A stretch of DNA of 64,000 bases from Eledone cirrhosa (lineage: Eukaryota). Positions 51,943 through 64,000 of this stretch are shown in pieces; the stretch's first letter is position 1; the number at the start of each line of letters is the position of its first letter. The notes beneath the pieces are model-generated. The model saw nothing but the letters and a program-made list of their open reading frames with translations. It was not told the origin of the DNA and did no database searches. The stretch covers positions 254,696,001 to 254,760,000 of the forward strand of contig OZ024742.1 in the NCBI GenBank assembly GCA_964016885.1, given 5' to 3'. The translations under genes and the position numbers were made by a program.

Positions 51943-52124
51943 GTAATCTGAATTTATCGAATATTAATAATAACATTCGATTCGTTTACAATTATGCAAA
52001 CAAGCCTCATTTTAAAGCCATGTCAGTAGAATAAGCCCCTCATTCTTGCTCTTGTGTTGGCTTGTAAACAGAACTGCAACCACTAATGACATGGCTTTAA
52101 CAATTAGGCTTGTTTGCATAATTG

Positions 52125-52232
52125 CAAACGAAATCCCGCCGAGGTTAACTTTGCCTTTCATCCTTCCAGGGTCGATAGAATAAAGTACCAGTAATGCATT
52201 GGATAGTGCCAAAAGTAGAAACAATTATTAAT
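52125..52232 (+). mobile_element. Nin/Deu-like SINE fragment
   Basis: gcctttcatccttccagggtcgatagaataaagtaccag. Confidence 0.65.
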
Positions 52233-52676
52233 ATTTGAAAAACTCAGATTACATTTATTGTATTCCGCCATGTAGAGCGAAAATTTATATATATATATAT
52301 GATTATTTCTTTGTATCTGTGTTATTCTGTGTACATGTAGCATTTTACTATTAAATGTGTGTATATGTGTATATGTGTATATATCATCATCATCATCATC
52401 ATCATCATATATGTAAGTGGGAATTTTATGTGTATTTATTTATTCCTTGAATCAACAATTATATGAGATAGTAATAATATGTAATTTCTATTAAATTTGT
52501 AATAAACATTCCACCTTCCTTTGAAACATTTTTTTCAGTTATTCTCTGATATGAATTTTGAGGTATTTGATAGTGTTCTGTATGTCGTCATAATAACAAC
52601 TTATCCACTAATAAAACTTAAGTAAAGATGTATTCGTCATCAGAGTAGCATATCCTCATTTCTGTACTGACTTTAT

Positions 52677-52726
<50 letters not shown>

Positions 52727-52795
52727 TGTGGTAAAATCGGGAGGTTATATCCAAAATTGGTAGAGTACTCAGTCCAAAATACAAGTTTGGTATAG

Positions 52796-52881
52796 AGTTA
52801 ATTTCACAACAAATTAGCAGACCATATTCAAGGACACATGTCTTCGAATATGATTTTCTAATTTGTTGTGGAACTAACTCT
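52796..52881. repeat. Shorter fold-back palindrome of family J
   Basis: agagttaatttcacaacaaattag...ctaatttgttgtggaactaactct; left flank also matches 46070-46130. Confidence 0.75.
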
Positions 52882-53396
52882 CCCTTTTTCTCTCTCCCCC
52901 CCCCCCCCCCTCTCTCTCTATATATATATATATATGTATATATATACGAGTGAGACGACCTATCTTGCCTCAGGTGGGACAATTCCCGTCTAAACCCATG
53001 CTAGCATGGAAGATAGACGTTAAACGATGATGATGATGATGATGAGGATGATGATGATATATATATATGTGGTATATAAATGTTGAGGGTTGGTGAAATA
53101 ACTTACTGCCACTAGAGGAATTGAAGATTCAAGACCTTAACGGTATGTCGCATATCCAATCTCTGATATATTTTATCTGATGAAAATGTACTGAAACACC
53201 ATTGTACCTTTGAAATATGTATAATATAATATATACTTTGGTTATGATAATATTTCTCATTAATTAATATTTTGAATAATATTATAGACACTGTCGAGTG
53301 ATTCTAATCTATTGTAAAATTGAATTTGTTGAATAATCAACGAACCGTATACACTTTTGGTTATATATATATATAATATTATAATATATATATATC

Positions 53397-53623
53397 TATT
53401 AAAATAACAGATTAAAGTTTGAGCAAAGAATTGGTGCTTTCACGCTCAACAGGATCTTCTGAAACTCATAAGATCCCATTAAGGGTGAAAGCAGCGATTC
53501 TTTGCTTAAACTTTAATCTGTTCTTTTAATAAATATTTGCTCTATGGTTCTTATATATTTGATATATATTTATCCTTATCGAGCCCTCTTTGGATTTTAA
53601 TCTTTACATTTACTATTATTATT
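53397..53623. mobile_element. Family E fold-back copy with HHR-like motifs (53417-53465 minus; 53466-53511 plus)
   Basis: Minus: gttt-CAGAAGA-tcctgttgagcgt-GAAA-gca..tgc-TC-aaac. Confidence 0.75.
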
Positions 53624-53641
53624 ATATATGTATATATATAT

Positions 53642-54974
<1,333 letters not shown>

Positions 54975-54978
<4 letters not shown>

Positions 54979-55046
54979 GATATTAATAAATGGAAACTAT
55001 ATTTATAAAACCATATTTATATAGTTTCCATTTATTAATATCGTAT
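54975..55046. repeat. Perfect hairpin, 28-bp arms
   Basis: atacgatattaataaatggaaactatat / atatagtttccatttattaatatcgtat. Confidence 0.9.
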
Positions 55047-55129
55047 TTTTACTCCAAATATTTGTTGAGTGCTTTATATCAGTTATAAAAATATTTGCTT
55101 GTTGTATCCCAACAATTTAAATAGAACTT

Positions 55130-55199
<70 letters not shown>

Positions 55200-55308
55200 T
55201 TACATATATATATATATGTATGTAAAAGGTAAACAGAAATAACAACATAATCAGTACAGTATATGGAAGGGATATATTAGATTAACGCTTGATGTAGCAG
55301 GAAGAGGG

Positions 55309-55344
55309 TCTTAACGTTTCAGACGCCAGTCCTTCATCAGAAGA
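55309..55344 (-). ncRNA. Minimal type I hammerhead ribozyme (family K)
   Basis: tctt-CTGATGA-a-ggac tggc gtct-GAAA-cg-TT-aaga. Confidence 0.75.
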
Positions 55345-55688
55345 AAGAATGAGAAATAAGATAGATTGAGGGGACGAGCGGGTTGGAATTGGAAAAAGTA
55401 TCTTTTGATAGAATGGAGCTGGTGGAGAAAAGATTTGAGATTGGGCACATTGAGGGTACTAGGGTGGGAGTGAAAAATAGATGGGTGAGAAGAAGAAGGT
55501 GGTGTCAGAAGATTATAGTAGAGGAAAAGTGGTTGGGAGTTGTGGAATATTTAAATGCAAGAAGCAAAGAAAATTTCAATGATACAAAACATTTCCTGGT
55601 AGAAGTTCAGGTGCACTCCAGGTTGGTATCCAGTTTCGGGGGGAAAATCCAATTAGAAAATCTAACGAATGTTGAGAGGTCCACATAA

Positions 55689-55739
<51 letters not shown>

Positions 55740-56012
55740 GGAGGCATCTGGCCTAGTAGTAAGGGTGTTGGACTTATGATCATAATGTTGTGGGTTCGAT
55801 TCCTGGATTGCATGTTATGTTCTTGAGCAAAACACTTCATTTCACATTGCTCCAGTATACTCAGCTGAAAATGAATACCAGCAATGGTTGGGGGTTTAAC
55901 CCTGTGACGGACTGGCGTCCTGTCCCGGGGGAGTATTCTCAGGCGCTTGACACCATGAAACCGGGAGAAGCACCAGCCTAATGAGCCTTCTGGCTTAAGA
56001 CAGACTTTAGAC
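55740..56012 (+). mobile_element. tRNA-headed SINE with Meta/V-like body
   Basis: tggcctagtag, gggttcgattcc, cttgagcaaaacac, accctgtgacggactggcgtcctgtcc, gaaaccgggagaagc. Confidence 0.75.
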
Positions 56013-56033
56013 TTTTATATATATATATATAAA

Positions 56034-56377
56034 AGGCACATGGCTTAGTGGTTAGAGCATTGGCCTTGCAATCGAAAGGTTTTGAGTTCAATTCTCAGAC
56101 CGGGTGATGTGTTGTTTCCTTGAGCAAGACACTTTATTTCACATTGCTCCAGTTTACTCAGCTGTAGAAATGAGATGATAAGGACTGAGGCCCATATCAT
56201 TCTACTGCAAAGTGGTCGTGGAGGTCCCACGGCAAAAAAGCACCCAGCACTCACTGTAAATGAGGTTGGTGTTAGGAAGGGCATCCAGCTGTAGAAATCA
56301 GCCAGAATCAGTTCCTGTCCCACCCTTGCAAGCAGGGAAAAAGCGGACGTAAAATGAAATGAAATGATGATGATGAT
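56034..56377 (+). mobile_element. Young tRNA/RTE-tail SINE
   Basis: Near-identical to 19690-20039. Confidence 0.92.
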
Positions 56378-57077
56378 ATGTATGATGCTAAAGTTCTATT
56401 TTTCTCTTTAGTTTACTTTCTTCATCCTTTCTCCATTATTTTTTTTTTAGTTTTTGCAATTCTCCAAAATTTCTGCTCCATCAATTTCATTTCTGCTTTT
56501 CTCTTCTCCACACTCACATTTTCACCTGCATCACCTCTCAAACCAGTAAAATGCTTTTGCATGATTTGTCCTTCTCTCTCTGCTGTTTGGTTAATCGTAA
56601 ACACAACATACCAGCAGAAGAGTTTTTTCCTGTTGCTTGATCCAACATTTTAATATGGTACTCTCAGTTAAATTATGCACAATAATTGTGCCGGCTTGAG
56701 AGCTGATGAGGGTGAATTTGTGTGTGTGGAAACTTGTCTTGTTCACTGCCTTTCTTTATTTCCTTCTTCCAGTCACTTCTATACTCCAACACACTACTCT
56801 TTGTCCTTCTCTTTAAATCATTTCTATATGCATCATCCTGTCACTCACCTTGTGGATTGTCTCTCTGTTGACCACTGGCTACTGGTCTCTGTCCTTTGAC
56901 GCATGTTTGCCCATCGCTGTCTTTGACAGCATTTAGTTGTTTTAACAGCTGGTTTAGTGATGAGTTTTCTCATTTAAATATATATGTGTGTGTGTGTATG
57001 TGTGTGTGTGTGCATGTGTGTGTGTGTACGTCTGTATGTATGTGTATGCATATATGCACACACCCACATACATATAT

Positions 57078-57421
57078 ATCATCATCATCATCATCATCAT
57101 TTTATGTCCGCTTTTGCCTGTTTGCAAGGGTGGGACAGGAACTGATTCTGGCTTCATTTCTACAGCTGGATGCCCTTCCTAACACCAACCTCATTTACAG
57201 TGAGTACTGGGTGCTTTTTTGCCATTGCACCTACACGACCACTTTGCAGTGGAATGATAGGGACCCCAGTCCTATCATCTCATTTCAACAGCTGAGTAAA
57301 CTGGAGCAATGTGAAATAAAGTGTCTTGCTCAAGGAAACAACACATCACCCGGTCTGAGAATTGAACTCACAACCTTTCGATTGCAAGCACAATTCTCTA
57401 ACCACTAAGCCATGTGCCTCC
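57078..57421 (-). mobile_element. Young tRNA/RTE-tail SINE
   Basis: Reverse complement of the 19690 family. Confidence 0.92.
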
Positions 57422-57476
57422 ATATATATATATATTTGTCTGTTTGTTCTTCACACTTATAATTTTTTATTAAGAT

Positions 57477-60023
57477 ATCATCATCATCATCATCATCAAC
57501 GTTTAACGTCCGTGTTCCACGCTTGCATGGGTTTGGACGGGGGTAGTCCCACTTGAGGCAAGAGTGATTGTCTTGCTCGCATAGGACTGTCTGGCAGGTT
57601 TTCTACAGTTGGATGCCCTTCCTAACACCAACCACATTTACAGTGTGGGTCTGGGAGGTTTTTACCGTGTTGCCTACACGGCCACATTACAGCGTGGACT
57701 GTGTGTTTTTTTGTAGTGACACCTACACGATCTCATTTGTTTCGGCCTCGATGGCGCGGCACCAACATAACTTTACATAGAACGGGGTGGTGTGGATGGG
57801 GTGGGGGTGGTGGTGGTGGGACGGGGTGTATTTTGTTAGAGATGCCTACTGGATGGAGTAGGTTTTACTATATATTTAGGTAAGGCGGGTCTTCTCTGTT
57901 ACTGAGTACCGCCAAAGGTCTCGGTCCAGTGACATTGTCTTGGAGAGGTGTAAGTGTGTGATGTCGGAGTTTATCAGCTCGTCCCAGGTTTTTCTAGGTC
58001 TGCCTATTCCGTGACTACCATCTATCTTTATTGCCCTGCACTTTGTTATACAGCTATCGACTTTCATGCGCATCACGTGTCCATACCAACGTAGCCTTCT
58101 CTCGAGTAAACAACATCTGATCCCTTTTATCTCTAATTTTTTCCTTAGTTCGTTTATGCTTTGCCGTTCACGTATATTACTGTTACACATCCAGCGGAGC
58201 ATGCAAGCTTCGTTCCTCTCTAGTCTGCGTATATCCTCTGCACACAATGCCCAGGTCTCACTGCCATGACGCATTGCTGTTCGTATGCAGGCATCGTACA
58301 ACCTGCCTTTCATTTTTAGGGAGAACCCTTTAGCAGCTAATAGTGGTATAAGCTCTCTGAACTTTTTCCAACCAGTTCTGACTCTAGCTACAGTACTTTC
58401 AGAGCACCCTCCCCCACTGCTGATTTTATCGCCCAGGTAACGGAAGCTGTCCACTATTTCTATAGAACCCTCTGCGCAATTGAAAGAGCTAGTATTTTGT
58501 GGGCACTTGCTGCTACTTATTGCACCAGAGCACCGGCCACATGTAAAATCTATGTTCTTAGTTAGCTTACCTGTGATCCCACTACATCTTTTATGCACCC
58601 ATACTTTGCATTTAGGACATAAAATGGAGTTTCTACCTACGCCTTTCCTACACACCGAGCACGACCATTTCCCAGAAGGGACCGCCGCCTTGTTTTCTTT
58701 CCTACAAACTAGTACTTTGGTCTTAGCCAGGTTAATTTTAAGTCCTTTTGACTCTAGGCCGTGCTTCCATGTTTGGAATTTCTTCTCTAGCTCGGCCATT
58801 GATTCTGCTATGAGTGTCAGGTCGTCTGCGTATAGGAGTTCCCATGGGCAGCCTGTCTTGAACTCCTCTGTTATAGCCTGAAGGGCAATAATAAATAGTA
58901 GTGGGCTGAGAACAGAGCCCTGATGGACGCCAACTTTTACGCTAAACTCTTCACTATATTCGTTGTTAATTCTAACCTTGCTGACTGTTTCTTTATACAT
59001 GGCTTGTATAGCCCTCACAAGCCATTCGTCAACGCCTAGTTTTCTAAGAGCCCACCAGATAATGGAGCGGGGGACTCTGTCGAAGGCTTTCTCCAAGTCG
59101 ACAAAAGCTAAGTAGAGGGGTTTACCTTTAGCTAGGTACTTCTCCTGTAGCTGTCGTACTATGAAAAGAGCGTCTGTGGTACTTTTGCCTGACACAAACC
59201 CGAACTGCATTTCATCTAGGTCAATTCTCTCTCTGATTAGTTGCGCTATTACTTTTTCCGTGACCTTCATGACCTGGTCGATTAATTTAATGCCTCTATA
59301 GTTACTCCTATCTAGGGCGTCTCCTTTACCCTTATAACAGTTAACGATGATGATGCTATGCCAGTCCTTCGGAACAACCCCGTTCTGTACGACTTGGTTA
59401 ACTATGCGGGTGACCATGGTGTGTCCCACCGTGCCAGATGCCTTCAGCATCTCAGCAACTATTTCCGAAGGCCCAGCCGCCTTACCCGTCTTCATATCCT
59501 TGATTGCCTTACTTATTATACTCCCCTCGACTAACACTGCTGGTCCCTCTATTGGGTCGATATGGGGGAGACTGTCTTTCTCCCATTTATTCTCCTCATT
59601 TAGTAGCCTTTCATAGTGACACTTCCAAGCTACCTTCTTATCAGCGTCGGTGATGGCAAGTGTGCCATCGTCGTTTAGTACACACTTCTCCCCGACAATA
59701 TCACGGTTTTCCTTGACGCATTGCCTAGCAATCCTGTACACCTCACGTTTTTGGTCATCGCGTTGTAGAACATGCTTGAACTTTCTTTCCTCAGCTTCCC
59801 TTCTTGCTAAGTACACTTGTCTCCTAGCTTCCCTCCTGGCCACTTGATAGTCTTCTCTACTTCCCCCATCCCGCCATACTTTCCAAGCCTGCTTTTTGGC
59901 CTTAATGTTCCACCACCACCTTACTGTTCCACCACCATGTTACTCTCCTCCTGCCTACAGGCCTGCTCCAGCCACAGACTTCGTCTGTCGCCAACAGCAG
60001 GTTTGCTTTCAGAAATTTCCACT
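57477..60023 (-). mobile_element. Young 5'-truncated RTE LINE
   Basis: 655-aa open RT ORF, 3' UTR, (GAT)n tail, 5' end abuts (TA)n. Confidence 0.95.
57876..59843 (-). CDS. RTE LINE reverse transcriptase with PHD-like finger (truncated)
   Basis: All RT motifs including LLYADD; near-identical to 28005-30047. Confidence 0.92.
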   Translation of the reverse strand: MARREARRQVYLARREAEERKFKHVLQRDDQKREVYRIARQCVKENRDIVGEKCVLNDDGTLAITDADKKVAWKCHYERLLNEENKWEKDSLPHIDPIEGPAVLVEGSIISKAIKDMKTGKAAGPSEIVAEMLKASGTVGHTMVTRIVNQVVQNGVVPKDWHSIIIVNCYKGKGDALDRSNYRGIKLIDQVMKVTEKVIAQLIRERIDLDEMQFGFVSGKSTTDALFIVRQLQEKYLAKGKPLYLAFVDLEKAFDRVPRSIIWWALRKLGVDEWLVRAIQAMYKETVSKVRINNEYSEEFSVKVGVHQGSVLSPLLFIIALQAITEEFKTGCPWELLYADDLTLIAESMAELEKKFQTWKHGLESKGLKINLAKTKVLVCRKENKAAVPSGKWSCSVCRKGVGRNSILCPKCKVWVHKRCSGITGKLTKNIDFTCGRCSGAISSSKCPQNTSSFNCAEGSIEIVDSFRYLGDKISSGGGCSESTVARVRTGWKKFRELIPLLAAKGFSLKMKGRLYDACIRTAMRHGSETWALCAEDIRRLERNEACMLRWMCNSNIRERQSINELRKKLEIKGIRCCLLERRLRWYGHVMRMKVDSCITKCRAIKIDGSHGIGRPRKTWDELINSDITHLHLSKTMSLDRDLWRYSVTEKTRLT

Positions 60024-60031
60024 CATATATA

Positions 60032-60095
<64 letters not shown>

Positions 60096-61239
60096 CATAT
60101 ATGTGTATATATATATATATATATGTATGTTTGCATTCATCTTAGAATTTATGTTTAAATATTAAATAAGACAAAATAAAATAAATATGAATTAATATGA
60201 CTAACACATAAATTCGTACAATGAGCATGAAAATACCGTTTTAACAGAACCATTCCAAAGATTCTGATTCATATTTATTACATGAAAACCAGGAATGATT
60301 ATTACCAAAGTCAACAGAATATTGAAGAAGAATATTAAAACCAGCCAGACAGCCTGAGTGTTTTTATAGAAAAGGAAAGCAGAATGTTGCGATTAAATGC
60401 TATATAGGACAATAATATTTATTGATACATTTATATTAAAATGAAAGACAATTGTCGTAATAAATTTTACACTAAATATTAAAAAAACTTCAATACTAAA
60501 TGGAATATTAAAGAATTAGAATATATATCATATAAACTTCTGTTCTGTTTTATTTTTTTTCATTAAATATAGAAAACAGATATTTGTAAAAAGTAACAGC
60601 AAATATATAAAATAAGTATATGTGTAGAAATGGAAAATATTTATTTCACTGGCTGTAGTATACAGGAATTCTTTACTAAATATTTATATTTCATGTCACT
60701 ACAGTTTCATGTCAAAATATTTGAGCATTTCATATCTTAAGAGAAACACCATTATTTGTTTTTCTTATCTTATATTTGATTTGATGTCACAATGTGTCCT
60801 TGAGCAAGACAATTTATTTCACTTTATTCCTGACTATTCAGCTAACAAAAAGGAGTTGCGATAAGATTGGTGCCAAGTGGTATAGGTCTTTTCCTTTCCC
60901 TTCGATGTCATATGCCAGGTGTACAATACATATATAGTATATTGATTGTTTCTAAATGAGTTGCAATGACATTGGAATCAAACTGTATTGGTCTTTGCTT
61001 TTCCTTTATACAACATCATATACAGTGTATATATAATGTATATATTTTGTATATATGAGTAGCCATGGCTATTTATGTCAAAGGGCATCAACCTAACCAT
61101 AAACCTAACTCTTGAATAATATTGGTGATGTGTTGAGGGGTGACTGGCATACATCTGCTGGTGTTCTACAAAAAACCTTCTGCAGATTTGCTCCTTGGAG
61201 AGAAAGATTCCAGGTGCAAACCCATGGCCAGAATGTAAT

Positions 61240-61605
61240 CGGTGCATTTTATCATAGCACTGGCATTATCAATTTATAAAGTGTATTAAGCAATGCATTT
61301 TGCCATGACACCAGTACTACCATTTTACATCATGGTCCAGGGTTTTTTTTTGAGACACCTGAATTACCACTTCACAGCATTGGGAATGATATTTTATTGT
61401 GGCACCATCATAAACATTTTGAGGAGTGTGCTGAATGTATTTTATCATGGCACCAATACTAGCACTTTACAGAATGTACTAAGTGTGTTTTGTCATGGCA
61501 CCAGCTCTACCATTTTAAAGAGTGCACTGGGTGCATTTTATAATGGCACTCGCACTACTACTTTCCAGAGTATGCTGGGTGTAGTTTATCATGGCAAAGG
61601 TACTG
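61240..61605 (-). repeat. ~42-bp tandem repeats of RTE 3' UTR type
   Basis: Repeated catggcacca..ccacttt..gtgtgctgggtgc, as in the RTE 3' UTRs. Confidence 0.6.
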
Positions 61606-62789
61606 CCCTCTCACTGACCTACACCATAACATACACAACAAACATAGTTTCAGAAATATAAATATTAATCTGAATATATTCCTATATACATTGCCAGCCT
61701 TATATACAAGAAGCATATCGATATTAAAAGTAACATTTCATCTAATGGATATATTGATTCCTCAGATAAGCAAAAGTATCCAGATTTATAGCGGAAGTGA
61801 AACAAAACTCCTTTATACAGCTATGCTTTTCACGTACATCCTCTGCTTTTCATTGAATATATCAGATTATGTTCATATGTTCATACTTATTTCAGCTTAA
61901 AACGTCACGTACATTATTGCTGGAGAATTAATAAGAGAAGCGTAAAATATATTTATGTGTTCACCATTTTTGTTTCTCCTGTGCTTTCAGTAACTCGATG
62001 AAGATTAGTCAATGGACAGCTCATTTAGTTAGAATCAAGAACGTATATTAAGTATCTGATTATTATACTTTTACAGCCTTGCCAGGAAAAATACTTTACA
62101 CAAGTTATTCTTTAAGATTCAGTAATTTTATTTAAAAAGATTTCTAGTTATTGCGGCCGTCTAGAAATTCTATTGAAAATGCATTATCATTAAGTATGTC
62201 TGTGTGAAAGTGCATTAGTATGTGTTTAGGGTGTTGTACTCATGATCATAAGAATGTGGACTCGATTCTTGCGCTGGATGGTACATTATGTTCTTCAGCA
62301 AGATTCTTCATTTCACATTACTTTTCAGAAAAGGACTGTGACCCTCATCATTAAAACATCTCCAAAAAATCTCCTATGACATACATAGATGTGAGCAACA
62401 GAGGGCTGAGCCCCCCCCCCCCAATAATTAAAACACTGGAGAAACTTCCTATGCAATGAAACCTCAGAAGAGGCCAGTTAAATCTGCATAAGTGTATCCT
62501 GTAAAAACCCCTATCATTAAAGCACTCAAGAATTCTCAGATGGGATAGGTCCTAGGGAGAGAAAAAAGGCCAGCAAAGGTGTGAGCTGTAAGAATATAAT
62601 AGGTCTGGGTCCCCTGTAACTAAAACACACATGAAACACCCTATAAGATGCAACCTTGGAGGAGGCCAGTTGAACATACATATGTGTGAGTTTCAAATTA
62701 TATTTTCCTTTCATTCATGGCTTTTGGGTTGCGGAACTTGCTCCACAACCATGTAGCTTCAGGTTTAGTACCATTGTGGGACACTTAAG

Positions 62790-63410
62790 GCAAGGGAGAT
62801 CGTGATCGCACAGGACCATGATGGCTGGTGCTATGCAGTAATATAGAAGACCAGCCCTCCCATATGCAGGAGCTGAGGCATACGTCTAGTATATACCACC
62901 TTCCCTCCCATCACCCCTCCCAAACACCTCCCCCATTGTAATTACACCAACCCTATATCTACCTCCCCAATTCCCCATGCATCTTCACCACCCAAGTCCC
63001 CAATCCACATCATAAAGTGGTCATCCTTAAGCCATGACAAAAAGTGCCCAGTCCACACATTAAAGTGATCATGTTGGTGTCACAACAGGAAACACCCAGC
63101 CAACACTGCAAAATTGTTGTGTAGTTGTCACGAGAAAAAGCACCTAGTCCACACATTAAAGCAGTCATGTAGGAGTCATGATAAAATGCGCCCAGCCCAC
63201 ACTGTAAAAGGTTGCGTAAGTGTCATGAAAGAAAGCACCCTGTACACACTGTAAATGTGGTTGGGGTTAGGCAGGGCATCCAGCCATAGAAACCAAGCTA
63301 AAATCAGTTGTGTGTGAGCAAAACATGATTCCCCGACCTGGATATCTCACAACGAGACAGCATTCCTACTCATGCTAGTGTGGAAAATATATGTTAAATA
63401 ATGATGATGA
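62790..63410 (+). mobile_element. RTE LINE 3' end with expanded ~42-bp UTR repeats
   Basis: gaagaccagcc, repeated gcacccagtccacac, gggcatccagcc, (GAT)n. Confidence 0.75.
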
Positions 63411-63419
63411 TATATATAT

Positions 63420-63513
<94 letters not shown>

Positions 63514-63560
63514 ATATATATATATATATATATTGATATATATATATATATATATATTGA
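63410..63560. repeat. (TA)n microsatellite (one of dozens in the window)
   Basis: Direct reading. Confidence 0.95.
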
Positions 63561-63740
63561 TATTGATATTGACTACAATTAGTATTCTCATTAGGTTTCC
63601 AATGAAGATGTATTTATGTTGTTTACCCTCAGGGATTTCCTTTCCTCATTATTTTCCCATTGCTGAAACCTCATTCACATATATACATACATATACATAT
63701 ATACACACACTCATATATACACATACATACACTCATACAC

Positions 63741-63795
<55 letters not shown>

Positions 63796-64000
63796 CCACA
63801 ATAATATGAAATACATTAGGTTTGTCAAATTGATATGAAAATTAATGGATGCACTTTGATTATATTCCACATTTGTCATTGTAATTTTTATACTTTTGCC
63901 CATTTGTTAGTAACATTATTCATCATTATTAATATATATGTCTGTGTAATAGATATACATTCACACATACATGCACATATATGTATAATATATATATGTA

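Noticed and set aside
52540-52650. Minus-strand CTGATGA in the 48850/52430 repeat family
   Set aside because: No GAAA or helices assignable; the core is altered in the other copy
61780-62090. Cluster of pyrimidine-tract AG acceptor-like sites
   Set aside because: Implied introns are only 34-60 nt, donors are weak, and no coherent reading frame results

Overview
AT-rich, microsatellite-dense animal DNA made almost entirely of transposable elements. The SINE, RTE and Penelope content suggests an octopus or other coleoid cephalopod, but that is inference. No host protein-coding gene is supportable. Recognisable contents are: many RTE-clade LINE copies (four young and near-identical, carrying a PHD-like finger after the RT), tRNA-headed SINEs including a young family with the RTE 3' tail, two Penelope-like elements (RT plus GIY-YIG), an R4/Dong-like fragment and simple repeats. 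The main unannotated signal is a dense set of type I hammerhead-ribozyme (HHR) motifs (stem I-CUGANGA-helix II-GAAA-helix III-UH-stem I), read by eye. There are about 20 full or partial copies from roughly 11 unrelated sequence families. Most sit in head-to-head fold-back structures (minus-strand copy left, plus-strand copy right) within (TA)n tracts. They include two non-coding tandem arrays (483-bp and 428-bp units, one HHR per unit; retrozyme-like) and a ~7.3-kb palindromic Penelope insertion. The folds were assigned manually and cleavage activity is untested.
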